From Bacteroidales bacterium (GTDB taxonomy: Bacteria > Bacteroidota > Bacteroidia > Bacteroidales > UBA932): 64,000 bases of DNA. Each line of letters starts with the position of its first letter. Positions within the stretch are counted from its first letter, which is position 1. Below the pieces are notes generated by a model, which saw only the letters and a program-made list of their open reading frames with translations, searched no databases and had not been told where the DNA came from. Location of the stretch: NCBI GenBank assembly GCA_016288055.1, contig JAEEXZ010000003.1, positions 10,553 through 74,552 of the forward strand, written 5' to 3'. Position numbers and translations under genes: made by a program. This document shows, one piece after another, positions 19,445 to 29,109 of the stretch.

Positions 19445-20026
19445 TTAGTAAATTTCCAGGCCCGACACACACAAGACTACTACAAACTTGATCACTTTTC
19501 TGAGCGTGGCGAGGACACTGGTAATATGGTTTTCCACGGTGCGCTTGTCAATGCCCAGCTCCGTGGCAATCTCGTCGTTGGACTTTCCCAGGAAGCGGCT
19601 CATCAGGAACACGCGGCGTCGTTTTTCGGGCAGAGCGTCCAGCGTACGGCGGATCAGGGCCTCCGTCTCGGACGCATACAGGGCCGATTCTCCCGAAGGC
19701 GTGAGCTCGGAACCCGTAGCGACCGCCTCGCTTTTAAACCGCGCCTTCACAGCCGTTCTGTCATAGTGATTATATACCTTGAAACGCGCCATCTGGAACA
19801 GATAGGCCGAGAAGGATTTCACCGTCGAAAATTTTTCCCGTGACATCCAGATATCGAAGAAGACATCCTGGGCATAGTCGTAAGCAGTTTCCTCGCATCC
19901 GGGTCCCAGCAGGCGCATCAGGAACTCCACCAGACGGGGATGCCACTCCAGGAACAGCCATTCAAACGCCTGCCTGCTCCCCTCGGAAAGTGCTCTTAAA
20001 CAATATATTTCGTCCTCCTTCGTCAT
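19445..20026 (-). CDS. ECF sigma-70 factor
   Basis: AQDVFFDIW, LPEKRRRVF and EIATELGIDKRTVENHI. TAACTTTG promoter at 20044-20051 supports start 20026. Confidence 0.93.
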   Translation of the reverse strand: MTKEDEIYCLRALSEGSRQAFEWLFLEWHPRLVEFLMRLLGPGCEETAYDYAQDVFFDIWMSREKFSTVKSFSAYLFQMARFKVYNHYDRTAVKARFKSEAVATGSELTPSGESALYASETEALIRRTLDALPEKRRRVFLMSRFLGKSNDEIATELGIDKRTVENHITSVLATLRKVIKFVVVLCVSGLEIY

Positions 20027-20166
20027 ATTAAATGTGCCGGCCGCAAAGTTACTAAACTTTACCCACATTCCCATTCCTCAAACGAAAGATCAGGCGACAC
20101 ATTTAACGTATTCTGGGAAAATGACTACGAATTCGCCTCGCAACAGTTGGTAACGGGGCCGTGAGC

Positions 20167-21378
20167 CTACTTCCTCAGGCGTTTGATGGCGTGCTCCAGG
20201 CTCTCGGAGGGCTCGATGATGTTATAATCGGCCCAGAAGGCGGGGTCGTAAAAGTGGGCGGCCATTTCCGGTAGGAAATCGCGTGAGCGGAAGCGCTCCT
20301 TGCGCGGGATGGGGACGGCCTCGGGGCATACGTCGGTAACCACCAGTTCGTTCACGGCCGTGTAGTGCGTGCGGAACAGGCGCTTGCGCCAGTCGCAGGC
20401 GAAGCGGATGGTGGTGCGGCAATACTCCAGGCGCGACTTCCCGTTTTCCAGCTTATAGTTCAACACGAGAGAACTTTCCTCCGGGAAGAAACGGAGGGAG
20501 AAAGGCTTGGATACCAGCATGGCGCGCGTTGCCTTGGACTTATCGGCCATATCCAGCGAAGCTTCCACGCGGGTAAAGGTGAGCAGTTCGCGGTCTATGT
20601 ACACCACGCAGTGATACAGGGCATAATCGGCCATGGCGTTCGGCGACATCTTCACCACAAACTGAAGGCGGTCGCCGATGTAAGCGGCCGGAAGCATTTC
20701 AAAACGGTACAGGTTGAGTTCCTGTGAGTCAAACAGCACTTCCCTGTTTTTCAGCAGATCCATGGCAATGGCCATGTTGGGGCCGCCCTGGAACTTGACG
20801 CTCAGAGTGTCTGACCTGCGCTGGCTCACCAGAACACGGCTCTTGACAAGGGCGGCGGCATCATTGTCGATATAGCCGCTATAGGACGACTTGTAAAGTT
20901 TGGCCACAGCCTCCGCCACATAGGTGTAACGGCTACGCTTCCGGAGGGTTTCCCGATAGAAGCACTCCAGCAACTGCGGCTCCTTGCAATACGTGTCCTG
21001 AAGACGCTCGACCGCGGTTTCGACAATACTCCGGGGATCTCCGGAGATGATGGAAGCCTCGTCAAGCTGTACGCTTTCCCGCTGCAGGGAAATGTTTACC
21101 ATGTCCCCCGCTTTGACACGACGGGTGCGATACCCCAGGTATGAGCAGATGATTTCCCGGATGGGCTGGTCGCTCTTAAGCGTGAAGAAACCGTCGGCGT
21201 TGGTGACGGTGGCCTGGTGCCGGCCAGGAATGGAGATGTGTACAGACTCAAGTGCACGTCCTGTGGCTTGATCAACCACAGTTCCCTGCACCATAAATCC
21301 CAGACGCAAACTGTCTGTCTGCGCCGTTGCCGCCTGCCAGGTAAGTAGGAGGCAAATGATAAACAGCAACTTACGCAT
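20167..21378 (-). CDS. Carboxypeptidase-like regulatory domain-containing exported protein
   Basis: Signal peptide; GTVVD...TNADGFF...SYLGY; YRE motif; C-terminal FWADYNIIEP. Confidence 0.8.
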   Translation of the reverse strand: MRKLLFIICLLLTWQAATAQTDSLRLGFMVQGTVVDQATGRALESVHISIPGRHQATVTNADGFFTLKSDQPIREIICSYLGYRTRRVKAGDMVNISLQRESVQLDEASIISGDPRSIVETAVERLQDTYCKEPQLLECFYRETLRKRSRYTYVAEAVAKLYKSSYSGYIDNDAAALVKSRVLVSQRRSDTLSVKFQGGPNMAIAMDLLKNREVLFDSQELNLYRFEMLPAAYIGDRLQFVVKMSPNAMADYALYHCVVYIDRELLTFTRVEASLDMADKSKATRAMLVSKPFSLRFFPEESSLVLNYKLENGKSRLEYCRTTIRFACDWRKRLFRTHYTAVNELVVTDVCPEAVPIPRKERFRSRDFLPEMAAHFYDPAFWADYNIIEPSESLEHAIKRLRK

Positions 21379-21610
21379 AACACCACAAAGATATGCATTT
21401 TTTCAAAAATGCAAAGAGACTGGTAGTCGCGCCAGTATAACAATATAACATAAGTTGAGCGTAGCCGATAACTCTAACATATATGCCAAACTTGGCAGAA
21501 TAGAATGAGATTCTATTATTTAAGCCGAACAATCACGACATAAAGTTTTGATATATTATTAATTATCCTTATATTTCGCCCACATTATTAACTCTAATCA
21601 AAAAAAATTT

Positions 21611-22459
21611 ATGAAAAAAACTATTTTAATTGGGGCTATAGCCCTTATTTGCCTGCCTTTTTCCTGTGACAAGGGCAAAACCTGCAAGCACCACGCTTGC
21701 GAAGCAGACGGTTTTTCTTCCCTAAAAGAACAACTTCTTTCCTTAAACGAAAGTATCCCTCAAAAAACGATTGAGCCAACTAAGGCAAAGTGGTGGTCCT
21801 ATCTTCTCACTGGATTAGCAGATGTCGGAGGTTTCTTTGGAGCCGGCGGTGCCGGTCTTGAAAAGGGTAAAGCATCTCCTATTTCTGCTGCCGTTGGAGC
21901 ATCAACCCTAATTTGGAATTTAACTAAAGACGCAGGATACGCATCTTCAAATTCTGATCCAGCGTATTCAATCATTAATGATGCCCAAATTGCTCTTTCT
22001 CAAGTTGACGGGGAAGGCTATATCCACAATAAAGCCATTCTTGACCTTTATGAAGAAAACGGAGACAGTTTATTCTTCTTTAGCATAGAAAAGCTTCTAC
22101 CACTCATTTACGAGAAGGTTGCCATCGAATCACGTTCGTCTGAAGGCACCTATGCCACTTCCAAAGAGGACACTCGCATAGTTAACGATGTATTAAGTGC
22201 CTATTCATCATCAACAACTATCGACGAGTATTTTGAAAAACTAAAGACTATATCTCCAGGAAATGATGAGGTGCTTGATGTTTTAAGTATTATTATGGCT
22301 GGATTTGATTCAATTGACGCAGTTGCTAATGATGGAGTATATTATAACGAGGTTCGTAAAATAGTCTCTCATTCTGCTGTCTCCGAAGAAACCAAGGAAA
22401 TCATTATTTCATCACTCTCAATCGCAAATGCAAGTTCACGACTATGGAAAGAAAACTAG
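21611..22459 (+). CDS. Hypothetical lipoprotein with a Gly/Ala-rich hydrophobic segment (AT-rich islet)
   Basis: PFSC lipobox; AT-rich codon usage unlike the flanking genes. Confidence 0.75.
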   Translation: MKKTILIGAIALICLPFSCDKGKTCKHHACEADGFSSLKEQLLSLNESIPQKTIEPTKAKWWSYLLTGLADVGGFFGAGGAGLEKGKASPISAAVGASTLIWNLTKDAGYASSNSDPAYSIINDAQIALSQVDGEGYIHNKAILDLYEENGDSLFFFSIEKLLPLIYEKVAIESRSSEGTYATSKEDTRIVNDVLSAYSSSTTIDEYFEKLKTISPGNDEVLDVLSIIMAGFDSIDAVANDGVYYNEVRKIVSHSAVSEETKEIIISSLSIANASSRLWKEN

Positions 22460-22935
22460 CTTATATTTTCACCTTCGCATTTTTAGCATTATTAAGTGTT
22501 AACGACGAAACTGTTTTTGCTCAGGAGAGTTCTCAACACTTTATCGCATCGGTATCTGAGTACTATTCACCAAATACAAATGCTAGCACATATGAGATAG
22601 GCTTCGGATACCAGTTCCCTAAGGTTGGATTAAAGATTAATTTTAGCGAAGTCGGACTATCCGAAGGAAATTGCGTCTACGGAGAATACATCACAATTAG
22701 TATTCCGGCCTTATCAATGCATTCATTTGAAATGATTCCAGAAGTATCGACGGGTATTCTTCATGGTCGTTTCTCCACAAATGAAGACCAAGCAATAAAA
22801 GGGCAAATTCAAATAGGTGTGGCTATTAATTATAACTTATCCAACTCGATGTCCTGCGGTCTACAATATAAGACGCTGCATTATGGCCATAATACATTGT
22901 CACTAATTGGTTGGAATTATTCACTTCACTTCTAG
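22444..22935 (+). CDS. Small outer-membrane beta-barrel-like protein (AT-rich islet)
   Basis: Signal peptide, alternating beta-strand pattern and C-terminal GWNYSLHF (terminal Phe). Overlaps the upstream gene by 16 nt. Confidence 0.65.
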   Translation: MERKLAYIFTFAFLALLSVNDETVFAQESSQHFIASVSEYYSPNTNASTYEIGFGYQFPKVGLKINFSEVGLSEGNCVYGEYITISIPALSMHSFEMIPEVSTGILHGRFSTNEDQAIKGQIQIGVAINYNLSNSMSCGLQYKTLHYGHNTLSLIGWNYSLHF

Positions 22936-23024
22936 CATTCGCAATTAAAGACAGACAAGAATCACCCAAACAACGCCTCTTTTGAACGTTTTTGCCTTTA
23001 GTAGCGCGCACACATCTAACGGTC

Positions 23025-23058
23025 ACGCCGATGCGAATTGTTTTACTCGCATCGGCGT
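23025..23058 (+). terminator. Hairpin, probable terminator of the islet operon
   Basis: 12-bp IR ACGCCGATGCGA / TCGCATCGGCGT; weak U tail. Confidence 0.45.
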
Positions 23059-23198
23059 TGATTTGTGTGAGTTAAAGGATAACGCCACCCTTCAACAAAG
23101 AAAAAGGGCATCCGCGCATAAGGCGAACTAGCCCCAATAAATCGCCCCGTGGCCCTGCCTCCGCCCATGAAGCGCCTGCTTACGCAGACGCTTCATGG

Positions 23199-23216
23199 GC
23201 GGAGGCGGAGGGATTC
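23199..23216 (-). repeat. 18-bp copy of the tRNA-Ser 3' end (att-like direct repeat)
   Basis: GCGGAGGCGGAGGGATTC is identical to 23382-23399. Confidence 0.85.
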
Positions 23217-23382
23217 CGTCGCTGCGCTCCGGCATCCCTTGTGAGGGGAGGCTTAAACGGAAACGGCATCACGGGCCGGGGGCCCTTGTGCTTTTTCGCT
23301 GGCCCACCGGATGTGAGCAAGCTCCCACCGGCGGGCCATCAAAAAAGCACCGCAGCTTGCGCTGCGATGCCGTTTCCGTTTG

Positions 23383-23467
23383 CGGAGGCGGAGGGATTCG
23401 AACCCCCGGTACGTCGCCGTACAACAGTTTTCAAGACTGCCGCCATCGACCACTCGGCCACACCTCC
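23383..23467 (-). tRNA. tRNA-Ser(TGA)
   Basis: Acceptor GGAGGTG/CGCCTCC, anticodon arm GCAGT-CTTGAAA-ACTGT, long variable arm, TTCGAAT and G73; CCA not encoded. Confidence 0.95.
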
Positions 23468-23496
23468 GGAAAGGACTGCAAAGATAGTAAAAAAAA

Positions 23497-24087
23497 CTAT
23501 TCTTTCGAGAAGAACTTCCAGTGGAAGAGAATCAGATAAATAGCGCCGCAGGTTACACAACTGTCGGCAAAATTAAACACGGGTTCAAAGAATACATGAC
23601 CGCCCAGGCCGGGAACCCATTCCGGCCAGGTCCAGAGCGGGAAGTAGAACATATCTACCACCTTGCCCTGCATGATGGGAGCATAGGAACCCAGCGTCGC
23701 TACTGTCTGGTAGGTGGATTCGCTGAAAATGACGCCGTAGCACAGGCAGTCCACGATGTTGCCGAAGGCACCGGCCGTAATGAGCGTAAGTCCCACCAGC
23801 ACGCCCGTGGGAACACCGCCCCGCTTTTGAAGCTTATTGATCCACCAGATGAGAACGACAAACAGCACCAGACGGAAAGCCGTGAGAAGATACTTGCCCA
23901 CAACACCGCCGAACGCCATTCCGAAGGCCATTCCCTTGTTCTCGACGAACAGAAGCTGAAACCAGTTCCCCAGCACGGGAATGCTCTCCCCCAGGGTCAT
24001 ATGCGTCTTGACCAGGACTTTGATGACCTGGTCAATGACCACTAGCAAGACACCCAGAATAAGAAGGAATCTTCCCCTGTTTTTCAT
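23497..24087 (-). CDS. lspA: Lipoprotein signal peptidase II
   Basis: DQVIK, NKGMAFG, GAFGNIVD, VVDM and FNFAD. Confidence 0.95.
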   Translation of the reverse strand: MKNRGRFLLILGVLLVVIDQVIKVLVKTHMTLGESIPVLGNWFQLLFVENKGMAFGMAFGGVVGKYLLTAFRLVLFVVLIWWINKLQKRGGVPTGVLVGLTLITAGAFGNIVDCLCYGVIFSESTYQTVATLGSYAPIMQGKVVDMFYFPLWTWPEWVPGLGGHVFFEPVFNFADSCVTCGAIYLILFHWKFFSKE

Positions 24088-24091
24088 GGAA

Positions 24092-24490
24092 CTAGTTCTT
24101 TCCCGTTTTCTCCAGGATGGCCTTACCCTCTACCGTAGTGGTAGCATGCGGAACCAGACGCAGGCGCTCCTTGGGGATGAGCTTGCCCGTTACGCGGCAG
24201 ATTCCGTAGGTTTTGTTTTCAATACGTACCAGAGCAGCTTCCAGGTTCTGGATGAACTTGTACTGACGCTGGGCCAACTGGCCGGCCTCCTCCTTGGAGA
24301 GCTGGAAAGCACCGTCGTCTTCCACGGTCTTGAACGTGGGGGCGGTATCGAGAATATCGTTGCCGCCTGCATGAGTCATGGCCTCACGCAGGGTGTTATA
24401 CTCTGCACGAGCTTTGTCCAACATCTCGTTGATAATGACACGGAACTCTTCCAGTTCCTCGTCAGAATAGCGGGTTTTGTTCTCTTCCAT
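24092..24490 (-). CDS. TraR/DksA family transcription factor
   Basis: ALVRIENKTYGICRVTGKLIPKERLRLVPHAT; conserved ileS-dksA-lspA order. Confidence 0.9.
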   Translation of the reverse strand: MEENKTRYSDEELEEFRVIINEMLDKARAEYNTLREAMTHAGGNDILDTAPTFKTVEDDGAFQLSKEEAGQLAQRQYKFIQNLEAALVRIENKTYGICRVTGKLIPKERLRLVPHATTTVEGKAILEKTGKN

Positions 24491-24494
24491 AACG

Positions 24495-27400
24495 TTAACG
24501 TTTAACGGTTATCTTGATGCTTCCCTCCATCCATTCAACCTCGGCGGCGTCGGCGGGAGCCTCCGCAGCGGGTTTAAGGCCGATGGAAAGGGAAAGGGTT
24601 TGGGCCTTCACATAATCCCCGAAGGCCGAAAGGGCATCGGCAAGGTCTGCATCATCGGCGTAAACAACCGTGCTGATACGGTCTGTCACCTCGAAGCCGG
24701 AGCTCTTGCGCAGGTTCTGAATACGGTTCACCAGTTCGCGGGAAAGGCCTTCACGGCGCAGTTCAGGCGTAACTTCGATATCAAGAGCAACGGTGAGCGA
24801 ACCCTCGGAGGCAACCTGCCAGCCGGGAACATCCTCGGAAGCGACGGAGTAGTCGCCGGGGTTGAGCACCACCTCGCCGCCGGGAAGGGCCAGCTTGTAG
24901 CTCTCCCCTGCTCCCTCGGCTTTCTGGATGGCTGCAATCACGGGCTGCTCCAGCGTAGCGAAAGCGGCGGCAATCTCCTTCATCCGGGCGCCGTAAGTCT
25001 TGCCCAACACCTTGAAGTTGGGTTTGATCTTGAGGCTCATGATACCGGTGGTATCCGCAATGAATTCCATTTCTTTTACATTCACCTCTGCCAGGACGAT
25101 GGTCTTCACAGCCTCCATCTGGGCGCGCACTTTCTCGGAGATGACAGGGATGATCACCTTCTGCAGCGGCTGACGGACGGGAATGTTCACTTTCTTACGG
25201 AGCGCCAGCATCATGGACGTAGCCTGCTGGGCCAGAGCCATGCGCTCTTCAAGCGCTGCGTCAATGACACCCTCGCAGGTTTCGGGCATGAGGGTGAAGT
25301 GGACGGATTCCTTCTCCGAATGACCGGTCAGGTCCAGATAGAGCTGGTCCATGTAGAAGGGAGCGATGGGCGCGGCCAGCACGGAAACGGTCTTGAGGAC
25401 CTGGTACAGCGTGCTGTAAGCAGCATTCTTATCCTCCGTCATTTCGCCGGCCCAGAAACGGGAACGGTTCAGGCGGACGTACCAGTTGGAAACGTCGTCG
25501 CAGACAAAAGTCTCCAGGATACGGCCGGCCGATTTTACGTCGTAATCCTCGTAGGCTGCGCGTACGTCCTTGATTACGGTGTTCAAGCGGGAAACAATCC
25601 AGCGGTCCAGCTCGGTAACGGGCTTGACGACAGCGGGCTGCCACTTGTCGATGTTGGCGTAACGCGCGAAGAAGGCGTATGTATTATACAGCGTGCCGAA
25701 GAACTTGCGGCGTACTTCGTCCACGCCCTTTTCGTCGAATTTCAGGTTGTCCCAGGGCTCCGCGTTGGTGAGCATGTACCAGCGCAGGGCGTCTGCGCCA
25801 TAGGTGTCAAGGGCCCAGAACGGATCCACGGCATTGCCCAGGCGTTTACTCATCTTGTTGCCGTTCTTATCCAGCACCAGACCGTTGGAAATCACCCTCT
25901 TGAATGCAGGCGTTCCGGAAATCATGGTGTGAATGGCATGCAGGGTATAGAACCAGCCACGGGTCTGGTCCACACCCTCGGCGATGAAATCGGCGGTGGC
26001 ACCGAACCCGGGGGTATCCAGGCCGCGAAGGCCTTCCTGGGCATACGGCATAGCGCCGGAGTCGAACCAGACGTCGATGAGGTCTGTCTCGCGGGTCATC
26101 TTCTTGCCGGAAGCAGACACCAGGTAGATGCCGTCCACATAGGGCCGATGAAGATCAATCCTGTTGTAGTTCTCCAGGGACATATCCTCGGGATTGAAGC
26201 CCTTGTCCTTGAAGGGATTGGAAGCCATGATGCCGGCGGCAACGGCTTTCTCGATCTCACTGTAGAGCTCCTTGACGGAGCCGATGCAGATTTCCTCCTT
26301 GCCATCCTCGGTGCGCCAGATGGGCAGCGGAGTGCCCCAGTAGCGGGAACGGGAGAGGTTCCAGTCCTGGATGTTCTCCAGCCACTGGCCGAAGCGGCCG
26401 GTACCGGTAGAGGCAGGCTTCCAGGTGATCTCCTTGTTGAGCGCCACCATCTGGTCCTTCACGGCCGATGCCTTGATGAACCAGCTGTCCAGCGGGTAGT
26501 ACAGCACGGGAAGGTCCGTGCGCCAGCTGTGGGGATAGCTGTGCACGTGCTTCTGAACCTTGAAAGCGCGGCCATCGGCCTTCATCATCACGCAGAGGTC
26601 GATGTCCAGCGTGCCTTCTTCGTCTTCCTTCTCGAAGTATTTCTTGTAGCCGGCCTTGACATAGCGGCCGGAATATTCCTTGTAGGAGGGGTCCACGGTG
26701 GCGGCGTAGGCGGGATCCATATCCTCCAGGCGCATGAAGCGGCCCTGGCGGTCCACCTGGGCCTGGGGATTGCCGTCCTTGTCAAGCGGCATGATGGCGC
26801 CGATGCCCGCAGCGGCGGCAACGCGCTTGTCGTCGGCGCCGAAAGTAGGGGCGATGTGCACGATGCCGGTACCGTCACTGGTGGTCACATAATCTCCGGT
26901 GATGACACGGAAAGCATCTCCGTCCGGTTTGAACCAGGGAATGAGCTGCTTGTAGCGGATACCTGCGAGCTGGGAGCCTTTCCAGCTGCCCTCCAGCACC
27001 TGGAAGGGTACCTTGGGGCCGAACCAGGTGTTCACCAGGTCCTTGGCCAGTACATAGATGGCCTGGCTGCCGGTATAGGGGTTCTGGGAAAGGACGCGCA
27101 CGTATTCAATGTCCGGGCCCACGCAGAGCGCCGTATTGGACGGAAGCGTCCAGGGCGTCGTGGTCCAGGCCAGGAAATAGACAGGATGGGGATCCGTGCC
27201 GAAGAGCGGCTGGGAGGCGCCGTCCTTGATCACTTCGAACTGGACGGTGGCGGTGGTGTCGCTCACATCCTTGTAACAGCCGGGCTGGTTGAGTTCATGG
27301 GAGCTCAGGCCGGTGCCGTCGGTGGGAGAATACGGCTGAATGGTGTAGCCCTTGTACAGAAGTCCTTTCTGATAGATCTTCTTGAGAAGGAACCAAAGGG

Positions 27401-27872
27401 TCTCGATGTAACGGTTGTCGTAGGTGATGTAAGGGTCGTTCATATCCACCCAGTAGCCTACGCGCTCGGTCATGTTCACCCATTCGGCCGTGTATTTCAT
27501 CACCTCTTTGCGGCAGGTGGCGTTGTATTCGTCCACGCTGACCTTGGTGCCGATATCGGCCTTGGTGATGCCCAGTTTCTTCTCTACGCCCAGTTCCACG
27601 GGAAGACCGTGGGTGTCCCATCCGGCACGGCGGGCCACCTTGTAGCCTGTCTGGGTCTTGTAACGGCAGATGGCATCCTTGATGGAACGGGCCATCACGT
27701 GATGGATACCGGGCATGCCGTTTGCGCTGGGCGGACCCTCAAAGAAAATGAATGCAGGGGCACCATCCCTCAGTTCGAGAGATTTCTCGAACGCATGTTC
27801 CCGCTTCCATCTGTCCAGGATCTCACGACCGGTTTGGGTAAGATCCAGCCCCTTGTATTCTTTAAAAGTCAT
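24495..27872 (-). CDS. ileS: Isoleucine--tRNA ligase (type 2)
   Basis: EGPPSANGMPGIHH, GWDTHGLP, WTTTPWTLPSN, SRSRYWGTP, DQTRGWF and KMSKR. Confidence 0.98.
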   Translation of the reverse strand: MTFKEYKGLDLTQTGREILDRWKREHAFEKSLELRDGAPAFIFFEGPPSANGMPGIHHVMARSIKDAICRYKTQTGYKVARRAGWDTHGLPVELGVEKKLGITKADIGTKVSVDEYNATCRKEVMKYTAEWVNMTERVGYWVDMNDPYITYDNRYIETLWFLLKKIYQKGLLYKGYTIQPYSPTDGTGLSSHELNQPGCYKDVSDTTATVQFEVIKDGASQPLFGTDPHPVYFLAWTTTPWTLPSNTALCVGPDIEYVRVLSQNPYTGSQAIYVLAKDLVNTWFGPKVPFQVLEGSWKGSQLAGIRYKQLIPWFKPDGDAFRVITGDYVTTSDGTGIVHIAPTFGADDKRVAAAAGIGAIMPLDKDGNPQAQVDRQGRFMRLEDMDPAYAATVDPSYKEYSGRYVKAGYKKYFEKEDEEGTLDIDLCVMMKADGRAFKVQKHVHSYPHSWRTDLPVLYYPLDSWFIKASAVKDQMVALNKEITWKPASTGTGRFGQWLENIQDWNLSRSRYWGTPLPIWRTEDGKEEICIGSVKELYSEIEKAVAAGIMASNPFKDKGFNPEDMSLENYNRIDLHRPYVDGIYLVSASGKKMTRETDLIDVWFDSGAMPYAQEGLRGLDTPGFGATADFIAEGVDQTRGWFYTLHAIHTMISGTPAFKRVISNGLVLDKNGNKMSKRLGNAVDPFWALDTYGADALRWYMLTNAEPWDNLKFDEKGVDEVRRKFFGTLYNTYAFFARYANIDKWQPAVVKPVTELDRWIVSRLNTVIKDVRAAYEDYDVKSAGRILETFVCDDVSNWYVRLNRSRFWAGEMTEDKNAAYSTLYQVLKTVSVLAAPIAPFYMDQLYLDLTGHSEKESVHFTLMPETCEGVIDAALEERMALAQQATSMMLALRKKVNIPVRQPLQKVIIPVISEKVRAQMEAVKTIVLAEVNVKEMEFIADTTGIMSLKIKPNFKVLGKTYGARMKEIAAAFATLEQPVIAAIQKAEGAGESYKLALPGGEVVLNPGDYSVASEDVPGWQVASEGSLTVALDIEVTPELRREGLSRELVNRIQNLRKSSGFEVTDRISTVVYADDADLADALSAFGDYVKAQTLSLSIGLKPAAEAPADAAEVEWMEGSIKITVKR

Positions 27873-27939
27873 ATATTTTTAGTAATTTTGTCACACTATT
27901 AAGGTTGCAAAGATAACAATTTTAACTGATATTGACAAT

Positions 27940-28437
27940 ATGAACCTCCTGGATATCATCCTGCTCGTCCTGCTCGTTCCCGGCACCATCCGCGGTATCA
28001 GCAAAGGTCTGCTGGAACAAGTCGTGACGCTCATCGGCGTAGTGCTGGCCGTGTATATGGCATACCACTTCTCCGAGCCCGTCTGCACATGGCTGGACCA
28101 GTACATCAACGTGTCCGAGACGGCCCTCCACGTCGTGGGCTTCATCGTGATGCTGTTGGGGGTTCTCATCATTGTCATGTGCCTGGCCAAAGTGCTCACC
28201 CACGTAGCCGACGCGGCTTCCCTGGGCTGGCTGAACCGGGCGCTGGGCTTTGTCTTCGCCATCGCGGTATCGGCCCTCATCCTCAGCGTCCTCATCATCC
28301 TGTTCGACACGCTCAACGCCAAGTTCGAACTTGTAAAAACGCCCATACTGAACGAATCTGTTCTGTACGGGCATCTGAGGGATCTGGGATATTTTGTCTT
28401 CCCTTATCTGAAGAAACTGTTAACCCTGGGCCAATAG
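27940..28437 (+). CDS. CvpA family membrane protein
   Basis: MNLLDII...RGISKGL, four TM helices and LNRALG. Confidence 0.88.
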   Translation: MNLLDIILLVLLVPGTIRGISKGLLEQVVTLIGVVLAVYMAYHFSEPVCTWLDQYINVSETALHVVGFIVMLLGVLIIVMCLAKVLTHVADAASLGWLNRALGFVFAIAVSALILSVLIILFDTLNAKFELVKTPILNESVLYGHLRDLGYFVFPYLKKLLTLGQ

Positions 28438-29109
28438 GTTCTTTTTGGAAACCGTAGCCACGAAGTCCTTCAGGTAGAAGGGCTCGAAATAGGCTACGTT
28501 TTCGAACCGGCCCTCGCGGTAGGCCTTTTCGGCCAGGCCTGCCATGTGACGGGCCAGCGGCGACGCCTCCCGGAAATGCGCATGGGGATGCGTCAGGACC
28601 TCCCGGCATTTGAGCGCGCCGTCTCCCACGAAGAGGACATCCCCCGCGGAGAGTTCATCGGCAAAAGCGCCTTCTTCCACCACCTGCGCCCGGATGGGCG
28701 TAAGCCTTTCTCCGTCAGGCGAATACACGGCCGTATAAACCTCCATGCGACGCGCATCGATCATGGGGACGATATGGCGGAAGTCATCCTTGTCCTCCAC
28801 GCCGGCCGCCAGGATATCCAGCGTGCCGACTGCGATGAGCGGCTTGCCCGCCCCGAAGGCCAGTCCCTTGGCGGTGGACACACCCACGCGCAGGCCCGTA
28901 TAAGACCCGGGGCCCGATCCGACGCAGACCGCGTCGCAATCTTTCATGCCGATGCCAGCCGCATCCAGCACCTCCTTCACCAGCGGTGCCGTAAGGGCCG
29001 CCTGCTGACGGGCTTCCGTGCAGGCGCGTTCCTGGACCACAGTCCCGTCCACGGACAATGCCACGGACAGGACTGCAGTAGAAGTGTCTATTAAGAGAAT
29101 ACGGGCCAT
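28420..29109 (-). CDS. tsaB: tRNA threonylcarbamoyladenosine biosynthesis protein TsaB
   Basis: ILLIDTST, GPGSYTGLRVG, DARRMEVY and EPFYLK. Start is ATG 29109 (TAATG overlap with the upstream stop). Confidence 0.95.
   Translation of the reverse strand: MARILLIDTSTAVLSVALSVDGTVVQERACTEARQQAALTAPLVKEVLDAAGIGMKDCDAVCVGSGPGSYTGLRVGVSTAKGLAFGAGKPLIAVGTLDILAAGVEDKDDFRHIVPMIDARRMEVYTAVYSPDGERLTPIRAQVVEEGAFADELSAGDVLFVGDGALKCREVLTHPHAHFREASPLARHMAGLAEKAYREGRFENVAYFEPFYLKDFVATVSKKNLLAQG

Noticed and set aside
21420-23400. Intact integrative element or prophage at tRNA-Ser
   Set aside because: There is no integrase, and the att-like repeat encloses only 183 bp, leaving the AT-rich genes outside it.
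23195-23560. Short ORFs overlapping tRNA-Ser
   Set aside because: They translate tRNA and palindromic DNA.
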